Assembly: GCA_031262595.1 (NCBI GenBank)
Contig: JAISHI010000006.1
Location: 438-64,437, forward strand
Source of the DNA: Christensenellaceae bacterium
GTDB taxonomy: Bacteria; Bacillota; Clostridia; Christensenellales; UBA1242
Direction of reading: 5' to 3'
DNA: 64,000 nt
Position numbers and translations under genes: made by a program. Positions 1 to 9,035 of the stretch are shown here, one piece after another (the first letter of the stretch is position 1; the number at the start of each line of letters is the position of its first letter). The notes beneath the pieces were generated by a model. It made no database searches. It worked only from the letters and a program-made list of their open reading frames with translations, and was not told the origin of the DNA.

Positions 1-67
1 ATTCTTCATCTTCCATATGTTTGTTATATCGCAAATGCCGTTTCCATACAAGTGTTTTTATATAAAA

Positions 68-2878
68 TTATTTTAACTTCCCCTTAATGAATCGCCCCGT
101 CGTGCTGTCCCCGTTTTTCGCGACCTCTTCCGGCGTGCCTTCCGCGACAATCTCGCCGCCGTTGTCGCCGCCCTCGCGCCCGAGGTCAATAATATAGTCC
201 GCCACTTTTATAACTTCGAGGTTATGCTCGATTATAACAACGGTATTCCCGCTGTCGACGAGGCGATTTAAAATCGCGATAAGTTTTTCTACGTCATAAG
301 TCGAAAGCCCTGTCGTCGGTTCGTCGAGGATATAAAGCGTTTTGCCGGTTGCCGCGCGCGCGAGTTCCGATGCCAATTTAACGCGTTGCGCCTCGCCGCC
401 AGAGAGAGTTGTTGCGCTTTGCCCGAGTTTTATATAGCCGAGCCCAACGTCTTGAATCGTCTTAACATGCTTATATATTTGCGGAATGTTTTTAAAGAAT
501 TCGGTTGCCTCGTCGACGGTCATATCTAAAACGTCGGCGATGCTTTTCCCCTTATATTTAACCTCGAGCGTTTCGCGGTTAAAGCGCTTCCCCTTACAAG
601 ACTCGCAAGTTATAAAAACGTCGGGCAAAAAGTGCATTTCGATTTTCTTAATGCCGTCGCCGTCGCAATCATCACAACGCCCGCCGCGAACGTTAAACGA
701 AAACCGCCCGCTCGTATACCCGCGCGCTTTCGCCTCGCGCGTTTCCGCGAAAAGGTCGCGGATTTTCGTGAAAACGCCCGTATATGTTGCTGGATTGCTT
801 CGAGGCGTGCGCCCGATTGGCGATTGGTCGATGTTTATAACTTTATCGAAATGCTCCGTTCCTTTAACTTCCTTATATTTCCCGACGTCATAACTCGTTC
901 GCATTAACGCGTTCGACGCCGCAGGATACAAGATTCGGTTAACGAGGCTAGACTTCCCTGAACCCGAAACGCCCGTCACGGCGGTTAATAGCCCAACAGG
1001 AAATTTCGCGTCAATATTTTTAAGGTTGTTTTCGCTAGCGCCTATAACGTTAATAAACTTATCGCTAATTGGTCGGCGTTTTTTAGGAACTAAAATCTTC
1101 TTCGCCCCGGAAAGATACTCGCCGGTTATGCTCTCGTTATTCGCCATAATATCTTGCGGCGTTCCTTGCGCAACTAGCGTTCCGCCATAAACTCCCGCGA
1201 GTTTACCAATATCAACTATATGGTCGGCAGCCAGCATAGTTTCCTCGTCGTGCTCGACAACAATAAGCGTATTTCCCATATCGCGCAACTTTTTAAGCGT
1301 CGCGATGAGTTTTTCGTTGTCGCTTTGGTGCAGCCCTATGCTCGGTTCGTCTAGGATATAAATAACCCCAACAAGCCCCGAACCGATTTGTGTCGCGAGG
1401 CGTATGCGTTGGCTCTCGCCGCCTGAAAGGCTCTCGGCGGACCGCGCCAAAGTTAGATAATGAAGCCCGACGTCAACCAAAAATTTAAGCCGAACTTTTA
1501 TTTCCTTAATAATCTCGGCTGCGGTTAGTTCCGCCTCACCTTTGAGTTTTAAATTTTCGAAAAATTCAAGCGTCTTTATAATAGAAAGGTTCGTCAACTC
1601 GAAAATATTAAGCCCGCCGACCTTAACCGAAAGCGCTTCACGCGAAAGCCTCATTCCGCCGCAATCCGAGCATTTCGCCTCGACCATAAACTTCCCGATT
1701 TCGTTGCGCGACCAATCGCTAGTCGTTTCGTTAAAACGGCGCATCATATTCGGAATAACGCCCTCGTATCGCCCCGAAAAACTGTTTTCCCAAGTCGCGC
1801 CCTTATATTCGTATCTAATCCGCTCGTCGGTTCCGTATAAAATCTTGCGAACAACGTCTTTCGGTAAGTCTTTAATCGGCGTTCTTAAACTTATCCCGTG
1901 CGCTTTTGCGAAACTCGAAAACGTCATCATCGCCATCTTTCCGCTATCGATATACCAACCCGGCGCGTTGATTGCGCCTTCTGCTAACGAAAGATTAACA
2001 TTCGGGATAACGAGTTTAGGGTCGATTTCTTGCGTGAACCCGAGCCCGCTGCATTTTTTACAATCGCCGAACGGGCTATTAAAACTAAATGTCCGCGGTT
2101 CTAGTTCCGTTATCGAAATTCCGCAATCAATACAAGCATACTTATCGCTAAAAATTTGCGTTTCCTCGCCTGCCGAAACCGCAACAAGCCCGTTCGCGGT
2201 TCGAAGTGCAGTCTCAACATCCTCAGTTATGCGCGAAATTTCCTCGCGCGAAACGGTTATCCTATCGAGAACGATACTAATTTCATGCCGAATATTTTTA
2301 TCGAGCGCAATCGGTTCGTCGAGCATATATAAATTCCCGTCAATTTTAACGCGAACGAAACCGCTGCGTTTCCAATCGTTAAGTTCCTTCTCGAACCGCC
2401 CCTTTTCGCCGCGAACAACAGGTGCTTCGATAGTTATTTGCTCGCCCTCGCGCTGCAAAATTTGTTCGCAAATTTGCTCGGCGGTTTGGCGCGAGATCCG
2501 TTTGCCGCAAACTGGGCAATGTGGCGTGCCAACGCGCGCATAAAGCAATCTTAAATAATCGTAAATTTCCGTAACCGTTCCAACCGTCGAGCGCGGGTTA
2601 TGGTTCGTGGTTTTTTGGTCAATCGCAATCGCCGGCGATAACCCTTCTATATAATCAACCGCGGGTTTTTGGGATTGCCCTAAAAATTGCCTAGCATAAC
2701 TCGTTAGGCTTTCCATAAACCGCCGTTGCCCCTCCGCGAAAATCGTTCCGAACGCGAGCGAACTCTTTCCGCTCCCCGAAACGCCGGTAAAGACAACGAG
2801 TTTATTGCGCGGGATAACAACATCAACGTTTTTAAGGTTATGCTCCCTCGCGCCCTTTATAACAATATTTTCAAGCAT
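68..2878 (-). CDS. uvrA: Excinuclease ABC subunit A (UvrA)
   Basis: Two ABC modules (Walker A GVSGSGKSS twice, LSGGE signatures) and UvrA-type CxxC zinc-finger pairs. I trimmed the ORF-track start (TTG 2926) to ATG 2878, which gives the canonical N-terminus MLENIVIKGAREHNLKN. Confidence 0.95.
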   Translation of the reverse strand: MLENIVIKGAREHNLKNVDVVIPRNKLVVFTGVSGSGKSSLAFGTIFAEGQRRFMESLTSYARQFLGQSQKPAVDYIEGLSPAIAIDQKTTNHNPRSTVGTVTEIYDYLRLLYARVGTPHCPVCGKRISRQTAEQICEQILQREGEQITIEAPVVRGEKGRFEKELNDWKRSGFVRVKIDGNLYMLDEPIALDKNIRHEISIVLDRITVSREEISRITEDVETALRTANGLVAVSAGEETQIFSDKYACIDCGISITELEPRTFSFNSPFGDCKKCSGLGFTQEIDPKLVIPNVNLSLAEGAINAPGWYIDSGKMAMMTFSSFAKAHGISLRTPIKDLPKDVVRKILYGTDERIRYEYKGATWENSFSGRYEGVIPNMMRRFNETTSDWSRNEIGKFMVEAKCSDCGGMRLSREALSVKVGGLNIFELTNLSIIKTLEFFENLKLKGEAELTAAEIIKEIKVRLKFLVDVGLHYLTLARSAESLSGGESQRIRLATQIGSGLVGVIYILDEPSIGLHQSDNEKLIATLKKLRDMGNTLIVVEHDEETMLAADHIVDIGKLAGVYGGTLVAQGTPQDIMANNESITGEYLSGAKKILVPKKRRPISDKFINVIGASENNLKNIDAKFPVGLLTAVTGVSGSGKSSLVNRILYPAASNALMRTSYDVGKYKEVKGTEHFDKVINIDQSPIGRTPRSNPATYTGVFTKIRDLFAETREAKARGYTSGRFSFNVRGGRCDDCDGDGIKKIEMHFLPDVFITCESCKGKRFNRETLEVKYKGKSIADVLDMTVDEATEFFKNIPQIYKHVKTIQDVGLGYIKLGQSATTLSGGEAQRVKLASELARAATGKTLYILDEPTTGLSTYDVEKLIAILNRLVDSGNTVVIIEHNLEVIKVADYIIDLGREGGDNGGEIVAEGTPEEVAKNGDSTTGRFIKGKLK

Positions 2879-2885
2879 AACATTT

Positions 2886-2914
2886 ACTATATACCCATTT
2901 TCGCGGTTTAGCAA
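2886..2914 (-). promoter_or_regulatory. uvrA promoter TTGCTA-17-TATAGT, with the -10 box 7 nt from the ATG
   Basis: Hexamers read directly from the sequence. The promoter is back-to-back with the tpiA promoter. Confidence 0.6.
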
Positions 2915-2919
2915 TGCCC

Positions 2920-2949
2920 TTGACAAAATTTCGCTTCATAAAGTAAGTT
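2920..2949 (+). promoter_or_regulatory. tpiA promoter TTGACA-18-TAAGTT, with the -10 box 5 nt from the ATG
   Basis: Hexamers read directly from the sequence. Confidence 0.55.
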
Positions 2950-2954
2950 AAGGT

Positions 2955-3719
2955 ATGAAAATAATTGCTGGGAATTGGAAGATGAATATGACGCGGCGCG
3001 AAACGCTCGAATATTTCGAGCGCTACGCAGGCCTAAACCCCGATAAAAGCGGCGCGCGCGTGATTTTCCTAGTGCCCTATACGGCGATCTCGACCGCGGT
3101 CGAAACAGGCGAAAATCTTGGGTTTGAGGTTGGCGCGCAAAACGTTTATCCCGCGGCTGCCGGCGCTTATACCGGCGAAATAACCGCGGACATGATTAAA
3201 GATTGCGGCGCGAAGGTCGTTTTAGTTGGGCATAGCGAACGCCGAACGCTCTTCCGCGAGAGCGATACTTTTATAAACGAAAAGTTGCGCTGCGTTTTGG
3301 ATGCTGGGCTATCCGCAATACTTTGCGTTGGCGAAACAGCGAAGGAGCGCGAAAACGACGAAACCGAAGGCGTTCTTTGGCGGCAAATAACTATGGCGCT
3401 GGATAAACTCCCCGATTTATCGAAACTTATTATCGCTTACGAGCCTGTTTGGGCGGTCGGCAAAACCGCGGACGGAAAATCGAAAAAACCCGCAACCTCC
3501 CAACAAATCGCGGACGCCCACGCGTTCATAAAAACGATTTTAACGGGCTTTACCGACGCGAACGATATCCCTGTTCTTTACGGCGGAAACGTTAAGAGCG
3601 AAACCAGCGGCGAGATTATGCGGATCCCAAACGTTGACGGCGTTCTCGTCGGCGGCGCAAGTTTAAAAGTCGAGGAATTTTCTAAGATTATAGAAAGTAG
3701 TTCGGCATTGCTTAATTAG
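2955..3719 (+). CDS. tpiA: Triosephosphate isomerase
   Basis: 254 aa with the motifs AGNWKMN, VGHSERR, YEPVWAVG and GGASL. Confidence 0.9.
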   Translation: MKIIAGNWKMNMTRRETLEYFERYAGLNPDKSGARVIFLVPYTAISTAVETGENLGFEVGAQNVYPAAAGAYTGEITADMIKDCGAKVVLVGHSERRTLFRESDTFINEKLRCVLDAGLSAILCVGETAKERENDETEGVLWRQITMALDKLPDLSKLIIAYEPVWAVGKTADGKSKKPATSQQIADAHAFIKTILTGFTDANDIPVLYGGNVKSETSGEIMRIPNVDGVLVGGASLKVEEFSKIIESSSALLN

Positions 3720-3720
3720 C

Positions 3721-4026
3721 TTATTTAGAACGGGCTACTACTGTTTCTTTTACATTTCCGAAAATATTTGTTCCTAAATTTTTCAAAGTGAACCCGCTGC
3801 CATCTGTTGCGGTGAACACCATATAATCGCCCTTATTATAATGCTTATCCTCATTCATATCATAAATAATCTCGTCGACCCCATTTGTATAAATGTTGCT
3901 GCCGTATTGAGATTCGTACCCCATTTTTTCAAGGTTATTTTCGGGACCAGAGCAGCCCAAACCAACAGCCGCAATTCCCGCAGTAAGCGCAAGATTTTTT
4001 AATTTTTTGCCTATTTTTTTACCCAT
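3721..4026 (-). CDS. Small putative lipoprotein
   Basis: 101 aa. Basic N-terminus, hydrophobic stretch and Cys (LTAGIAAVGLGC) resemble a lipoprotein signal. An AAAGGGG SD lies 7 nt upstream. Confidence 0.5.
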   Translation of the reverse strand: MGKKIGKKLKNLALTAGIAAVGLGCSGPENNLEKMGYESQYGSNIYTNGVDEIIYDMNEDKHYNKGDYMVFTATDGSGFTLKNLGTNIFGNVKETVVARSK

Positions 4027-4065
4027 ATTATATTCCCCTTTTATTATATAAAAATATAATACTAT

Positions 4066-4142
4066 AAAAACCGCAAAAAGTCAATACTTGCGAGTAAATT
4101 TATCGAAGCCTCGTAAAAATTCATAAACTTTTTGCGGTTTTT
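4066..4142. promoter_or_regulatory. Perfect 16-bp inverted repeat bracketing the divergent lipoprotein and eno promoters
   Basis: AAAAACCGCAAAAAGT (4066-4081) and ACTTTTTGCGGTTTTT (4127-4142) are separated by 45 nt. Confidence 0.5.
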
Positions 4143-4145
4143 AGT

Positions 4146-4175
4146 TTGCCAAAATTTTTATCTTAGGCGTATAAT
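4146..4175 (+). promoter_or_regulatory. eno promoter TTGCCA-18-TATAAT, with the -10 box 6 nt from the ATG
   Basis: Hexamers read directly from the sequence. There is no SD at functional spacing. Confidence 0.65.
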
Positions 4176-4181
4176 TAGGTT

Positions 4182-5453
4182 ATGAAAATATTAAAACTTA
4201 CTGCGAGCGAAATTCTCGACAGCCGCGGCAACCCAACAATCGAAACCTACGCGACGGTTTCCAACGAGCGACAAGCCGTCGTCGGCTGGTGCGCCGTTCC
4301 TTCGGGCGCGTCGACGGGCGAAAAAGAGGCCGTAGAACTGCGCGACGGCGATAAGGCGCGCTATAACGGAAAGGGCGTTTTAAAAGCCGTTCAAAACGTT
4401 AACGAAACTATTCTAAAAGCCGTTTTGGGGCGCGATTTTGCGACGCAAGCCGACCTCGACAACTTTTTAATTAAACTCGACGGCACGCCGAATAAAGGAA
4501 AACTCGGCGCAAACGCAATTCTTTCCGTTTCGCTTTCCTTCGCGCGCGCTGCCTCGACCCTTTCGGGGCAAGAATTTTGGCAATATATCGCAAGTCAGGG
4601 CGGACTTCTCGAACCCGCGCTCCCAACGCCTGCGTTTAACATAATAAACGGCGGAGTTCACGCCGACAGCGGGATTGACTTCCAAGAGTTTATGATTGTT
4701 CCGCTTATGAAAACTTCTTTTGCCGAAAAACTCCGCGCAGGCAGCGAAATAACCGCGAAACTTAAAAGCATCTTAAAAATTAAAAACCTCGCGACAAGCG
4801 TTGGCGACGAGGGCGGCTTTGCGCCGAAGATGAGCAGCAAGCGCCCAATTAAACAAGCCCTCGACTTACTCATCGAAGCCATTTCAAAGGCTGGGTATAA
4901 GGCCGGCGAGGACGTTTCGATTGCGATTGACCTCGCAGCATCCGTTTTTTACGATAAAGCCCAAAAGAAATACATAGTTAAAAACGAAGAAAAAACCTTT
5001 ACGAGCCAAGAATTCGTCGACTACCTCATCGACCTTACGAAAAATTATCCGATAATCTCGCTCGAGGACCCGTTCGACGAAAACGACATGACTGGGTTCG
5101 CGACGCTAACGAAAAAAATCGGCGGAAAAGTCCAAATTGTTGGCGACGATTTGTTTTGCACGAACAAGGAACTGCTCCAAAACGGCATAGATTGCGGCGC
5201 TTGCAACAGCGTCCTCATAAAAATGAACCAAATCGGAACTCTAACCGAAACCCTCGAAACGATTTCGCTCGCGCGTTCCGCCGGCTATTCGATTTTCGTT
5301 TCGCATAGGAGCGGCGAAACAACCGACACCGCGATCGCAGACCTCGCCTTCGCAACCCACGCCGAGTTCATAAAAAGCGGCGCGCCTGTCCGAGGCGAGC
5401 GGGTTTGCAAATACAACCGCCTCATGCAAATCGAGCGCGGCGAGCGGAATTGA
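4182..5453 (+). CDS. eno: Enolase (phosphopyruvate hydratase)
   Basis: 423 aa with the N-terminus SEILDSRGNPTIE, the SHRSGETTD motif and typical enolase length. Confidence 0.9.
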   Translation: MKILKLTASEILDSRGNPTIETYATVSNERQAVVGWCAVPSGASTGEKEAVELRDGDKARYNGKGVLKAVQNVNETILKAVLGRDFATQADLDNFLIKLDGTPNKGKLGANAILSVSLSFARAASTLSGQEFWQYIASQGGLLEPALPTPAFNIINGGVHADSGIDFQEFMIVPLMKTSFAEKLRAGSEITAKLKSILKIKNLATSVGDEGGFAPKMSSKRPIKQALDLLIEAISKAGYKAGEDVSIAIDLAASVFYDKAQKKYIVKNEEKTFTSQEFVDYLIDLTKNYPIISLEDPFDENDMTGFATLTKKIGGKVQIVGDDLFCTNKELLQNGIDCGACNSVLIKMNQIGTLTETLETISLARSAGYSIFVSHRSGETTDTAIADLAFATHAEFIKSGAPVRGERVCKYNRLMQIERGERN

Positions 5454-5556
5454 ACCAATAATTTAAACGCATAAAACACTGTTATCGTAAATTTTGTTTT
5501 GCAAAATATTAAAAATATAGTATACAAAGATTAGTTAATGTGAGGTGTACAAACAA

Positions 5557-5916
5557 ATGTCAAATATGTTGCTAACAATAAACAGGGATGATTTAATACA
5601 TCTGTATATTGCGGGATTAATTGTATTTGTGTTTTTGGTTTATCAAGTTTTAAGAGCACTAATTGACGGACACCGCTTCGATTGGACTTATATGGCGATA
5701 GTATGTCTATCCATAGCTGCGTCTCTACTATTTGAAGTCGCTAAATTAGTGTATATCGGATATATATCCTGTTGTTTGGTAACCTTAATAAAGGAAATTT
5801 ACAAACAAATTACTCCTGAAGAAAATAAGAAACAATTCAGTTGGGCGGATATTGTTGGATTAGGTATTTCGGCATTGGGTGTGACAGCAGAAATTGTTTT
5901 TGGCATACTTGGTTGA
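5557..5916 (+). CDS. Small hypothetical membrane protein
   Basis: About 120 aa with several hydrophobic helices. A GAGGTG SD lies 9 nt upstream of ATG 5557. The gene is AT-richer by eye than its neighbours. No family recognised. Confidence 0.4.
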   Translation: MSNMLLTINRDDLIHLYIAGLIVFVFLVYQVLRALIDGHRFDWTYMAIVCLSIAASLLFEVAKLVYIGYISCCLVTLIKEIYKQITPEENKKQFSWADIVGLGISALGVTAEIVFGILG

Positions 5917-5932
5917 ACATAAAAACAAAATC

Positions 5933-5966
5933 GGGCGAATAGGTAATCTATCCGCCCTTTTATTTT
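5933..5966. terminator. Bidirectional hairpin terminator between convergent genes
   Basis: GGGCGAATA..TATCCGCCC imperfect stem with T-runs on both strands. It ends the actin-like operon. Confidence 0.55.
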
Positions 5967-6835
5967 TAAAATAATCTAGTTTCCTTCTTATATTCTTCCC
6001 ATTCCGCCGCGCCGTGGCGTTTTGCGGATTGGCGTTCTGCCCAAGGCGTGCTGACAGCGAGAAACATAATCGTATTCGCGAGAGCGCCGAACGCAGTCCA
6101 CCACAGCTCGGACGAAACCGCAAAAACCGCGCCCCAAAGCCCCCACCAAAACAATATCTCGCCTAAATAGTTCGGGTGGCGTGAGGACTTCCAAAGCCCA
6201 ACGGCACAAATCCCGCTGTTTTTGCGGTTACCATTCTCGTCGACGGCATCGTAGAATTTATGTTTTTGCGCATCGCTTATAAGTTCTAAAAGAGTTCCTA
6301 AAATCATAACCGCTACGCCGATTAACGCGAACCAGCTAAACGCGGTCGACCCGAGCCCATAAACGAACGGGAACAAGCAACCATAAACGATTAGCGTCGG
6401 GAAAATTTGTATCCCGAAGAGGTTCGCGAGTGGGTAAAGTTTGCCCGATTTCGATTTTATCTCGTCATAGCGCCAATCTTGTTTCGTTAAATCCTTAAAG
6501 GTCGTTATCCAATTTATCGTTAACCGCACGCCCCAAAACTCCACGCAAACTAAAATTAAAATGTTCGTCGCGGAAAAATTCCCCGCTGAAATCATTAAAA
6601 GCGGAACGGCAATCATCGGCAAAACGCTCCAATACGGGTCGTAAACCGTTGCGTTATTAACAATTAAACTAAAAAGATAAACGACAACGGTTGCGGCGAT
6701 ATCCGCGATTAAAAAATTCAGCCAAATCGCAAACGGCGCAAACGCAAAAACGGCTACACCAACACCCACAGCGACTAAATACGTTATTAAAATATACGCA
6801 AGCCCTAAGTTCCTACTCGTTTTTAGTTTTAACAC
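5966..6835 (-). CDS. DUF1295 / steroid-5-alpha-reductase / ICMT-like polytopic membrane enzyme
   Basis: 289 aa, polytopic, with the C-terminal motif SSRHPNYLGEILFWWGLW. The GTG start abuts the stop codon of the upstream gene. Confidence 0.6.
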   Translation of the reverse strand: MLKLKTSRNLGLAYILITYLVAVGVGVAVFAFAPFAIWLNFLIADIAATVVVYLFSLIVNNATVYDPYWSVLPMIAVPLLMISAGNFSATNILILVCVEFWGVRLTINWITTFKDLTKQDWRYDEIKSKSGKLYPLANLFGIQIFPTLIVYGCLFPFVYGLGSTAFSWFALIGVAVMILGTLLELISDAQKHKFYDAVDENGNRKNSGICAVGLWKSSRHPNYLGEILFWWGLWGAVFAVSSELWWTAFGALANTIMFLAVSTPWAERQSAKRHGAAEWEEYKKETRLF

Positions 6836-7447
6836 TTAATTACTACCGCCGTTTTTATTTTCGAGGAATTTAAATAAGAAATCACGCCCCGCCGCCGAAC
6901 CTTCGGGTGCGCCTTTTCCGCCGCTAGCCCCCGGCAAAGCACCCGGTAAAGAACCGCCGCCGCTAAACGAGGCTGGCGCGCTAGGTGCTGGGGTTGGAGT
7001 TGAAACAGGAGCTTGCGCCGGTGCTGGAGTTGGGGATGGCGCAGGTCGAGGAGCCGGAGCCCCCGCTGGAGTTTGCGCAGGAGCTTGCATTGGAGTTGGT
7101 GCTGGTCTTGGCGCTGGCGCCGCGTATTGTTGTTGAGGCATCATGGGTTGCGACACCGCCGGTTGAGGCATCATGCCTTCCGCAGGATATCCAACAGATT
7201 GTAGGTTTACGCCGTAAGCCATAAGGCGCTGGTTCCCGAGACTAATAACCATCTGCCCCATCGCCTCAACTTGTTGCGTTATTATCACATTATATTGATC
7301 GTTAATCATGTCGGAATGTAAGGACGCGGTTATATTTTGCAACGACAAAACTACGGAGCGTATACCACTTATAATTGGTACACTCGCCAAAAACGCCGGA
7401 TTATTTTCGGCATTTTCAAGTAAAACTCCGTACTCTTGTAATGTCAT
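6836..7447 (-). CDS. Proline-rich protein immediately downstream of the actin-like ATPase (ParR/Alp7R position)
   Basis: 203 aa. An N-domain of about 95 aa is followed by a Pro/Ala-rich stretch (APAPRPAPTP, APAPRPAPSP), a Gly-rich segment and the C-terminus FLENKNGGSN. An AAGGAG SD lies 4 nt upstream. Confidence 0.6.
   Translation of the reverse strand: MTLQEYGVLLENAENNPAFLASVPIISGIRSVVLSLQNITASLHSDMINDQYNVIITQQVEAMGQMVISLGNQRLMAYGVNLQSVGYPAEGMMPQPAVSQPMMPQQQYAAPAPRPAPTPMQAPAQTPAGAPAPRPAPSPTPAPAQAPVSTPTPAPSAPASFSGGGSLPGALPGASGGKGAPEGSAAGRDFLFKFLENKNGGSN
6892..7162. repeat. Pro/Ala-rich low-complexity coding region
   Basis: Encodes ..APAPRPAPTPMQAPAQTPAGAPAPRPAPSPTPAPAQAP.. in the 203-aa protein. 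Confidence 0.8.
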
Positions 7448-7455
7448 ATTTCTCC

Positions 7456-8508
7456 TTAGAATTTACCAAGCAAATAGAAACCTTTAACGTTCGCCATAAC
7501 AGCGTTGTCTTGAAGAATAACGCGCGGGTCGTTGAATAATTTTTTAAGTTCTTTTTCAAGCAACATACAGCCGCCACCAGTAAGCACGATATGATAGAAT
7601 TTATTAAACTCGAGCCCTAAACTCATAACCGATTCATAAATTTTTTGCGCGAGCTCGCTTTTATAACGTTCAGCATAAGCCGTTAAATCGAATGTTCCGA
7701 ACGGAGTTTTAACGTTTGGCGAGTTTAATAACGCAACGTCGAGTTGATGCGCGTTTAGCGAATAAATCGACATCTCAGGCATTTTATTATTAACTTCTTC
7801 TTGAAGTAGCGCGATAAAATCCGAAACGCCCATGTCGAAACCGAACGTTCCTCTAACGCGGAAACTTTCTAACGTCGCAATATCAGTTGTTCCCCAACCA
7901 ACATCAAGCACCAAAGCGCGTTCCGCGAGGATTTCTTGGTTAAGACTGTCGCTCTTGTCGTCGTAAACGAACGAATATAACGTTCCTAGCGGTTGCGGAA
8001 CTACGATAACGTCAACGATTTCGAAAACAACGTCCTCAACTTTATCCCATTGAACAGATTTAACGGTATGTTTGCCGAGTAAATTTGCCTTAACTTCGTC
8101 GGTTACGGCTTTGTTTTTCGCTAACGTCGAAGGAACGCCAGTTACGACACGCAATCTATGATCTTGCCCCGTTTTAAGTATCGAAGTAATGCCGATAACT
8201 GCCTCGATAAGGAATTGCTGCGAATTATAACGATTGCGTCCGCGGCCGCCCGAACCTGTTGCCTCGATATCGCCAACCTCATAAACGCGGTTGTTATAAA
8301 GGAACATTTGATAGTCCGTTTTAAACGAGAAAACCAACCCAGAGTCGTTAATCTCTTTGATTGTATTGCGATATTCGATGCTCTCGTTATTATCAGTCCA
8401 AGCCTTAATAGTCGAGTTCGCAACGTCAATACCAACAATCTTGTTATATGGTTTCCCTTGATAGATATTGTTGCTCACTGTTTCCTCTTTTTTACCGAAT
8501 AATGCCAT
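7456..8508 (-). CDS. Actin-like ATPase of the ParM/StbA/Alp type
   Basis: 350 aa with the actin-fold motifs in order: phosphate-1 VGIDVANSTIK, phosphate-2 LVLDVGWGTTDIA, adenosine IVLTGGGCMLL. An AAGGAG SD lies 9 nt upstream. Confidence 0.8.
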   Translation of the reverse strand: MALFGKKEETVSNNIYQGKPYNKIVGIDVANSTIKAWTDNNESIEYRNTIKEINDSGLVFSFKTDYQMFLYNNRVYEVGDIEATGSGGRGRNRYNSQQFLIEAVIGITSILKTGQDHRLRVVTGVPSTLAKNKAVTDEVKANLLGKHTVKSVQWDKVEDVVFEIVDVIVVPQPLGTLYSFVYDDKSDSLNQEILAERALVLDVGWGTTDIATLESFRVRGTFGFDMGVSDFIALLQEEVNNKMPEMSIYSLNAHQLDVALLNSPNVKTPFGTFDLTAYAERYKSELAQKIYESVMSLGLEFNKFYHIVLTGGGCMLLEKELKKLFNDPRVILQDNAVMANVKGFYLLGKF

Positions 8509-8528
8509 TTTTGTTTTCTCCTTTTTAT

Positions 8529-9035
8529 TTATTTCGGCTCGCCTGAATGATTTGCGGCCGCTTTTTTCGATTCGATTTTATTTTTAACATAACCGAAACT
8601 TCTTTCTTTCATTTTCGGCGAGTTTATGTCGCCTATTTTTATGGAACATAGTCCATTTTTGTTTTTAAAGATTGAGAATAAGCCTGTTTTTGCGAACTCT
8701 ATTGCCCTGAAAACAAGAACATCAATGGGTCTCTCGTCTTTATAACAAACGACAGCAACATATTGCTCCGCGCTCGCCGTATCAATCAAATTAGCCGGAA
8801 ACTCTACGCGTTTATCGTTAATCTCCATGCCAAGAGGTAAAAAATCCCCAAGCGAACCGACACCTTCAACAGCCGATTTGGGCGCAATGAAGTTAAGATT
8901 TGCAAGCGCCGCTAGGTTTGTTTGGCTACAAAGAAAACTAAAATCTTGTTTCGCTTGCTTATTGATTGGCGAGTCCAAAAAGGTTTTCGGGCGCTCCCTA
9001 TCTACTAAACTACTAAGGTTTGAAAAATCTTCCAT
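8529..9035 (-). CDS. Hypothetical soluble protein (actin-like operon)
   Basis: 168 aa with no TM segment and no recognised domain. The ATG directly follows the upstream stop, and an AAGGAGG SD lies inside the upstream gene. Confidence 0.55.
   Translation of the reverse strand: MEDFSNLSSLVDRERPKTFLDSPINKQAKQDFSFLCSQTNLAALANLNFIAPKSAVEGVGSLGDFLPLGMEINDKRVEFPANLIDTASAEQYVAVVCYKDERPIDVLVFRAIEFAKTGLFSIFKNKNGLCSIKIGDINSPKMKERSFGYVKNKIESKKAAANHSGEPK

Noticed and set aside
1542-2543. A 333-aa plus-strand ORF, with smaller ones at 486-907 and 2726-2911.
   Set aside because: These are antisense shadow ORFs inside the unambiguous uvrA gene. Their composition is low-complexity and Ser/Ile/Leu-rich.
6836-9035. 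An ordinary ParMRC-type plasmid partition cassette integrated in the chromosome.
   Set aside because: This is not fully excluded, but no iteron centromere or RHH-like adaptor is visible. The actin-like gene is SD-coupled to membrane and surface-protein genes that share a terminal peptide with the downstream protein.
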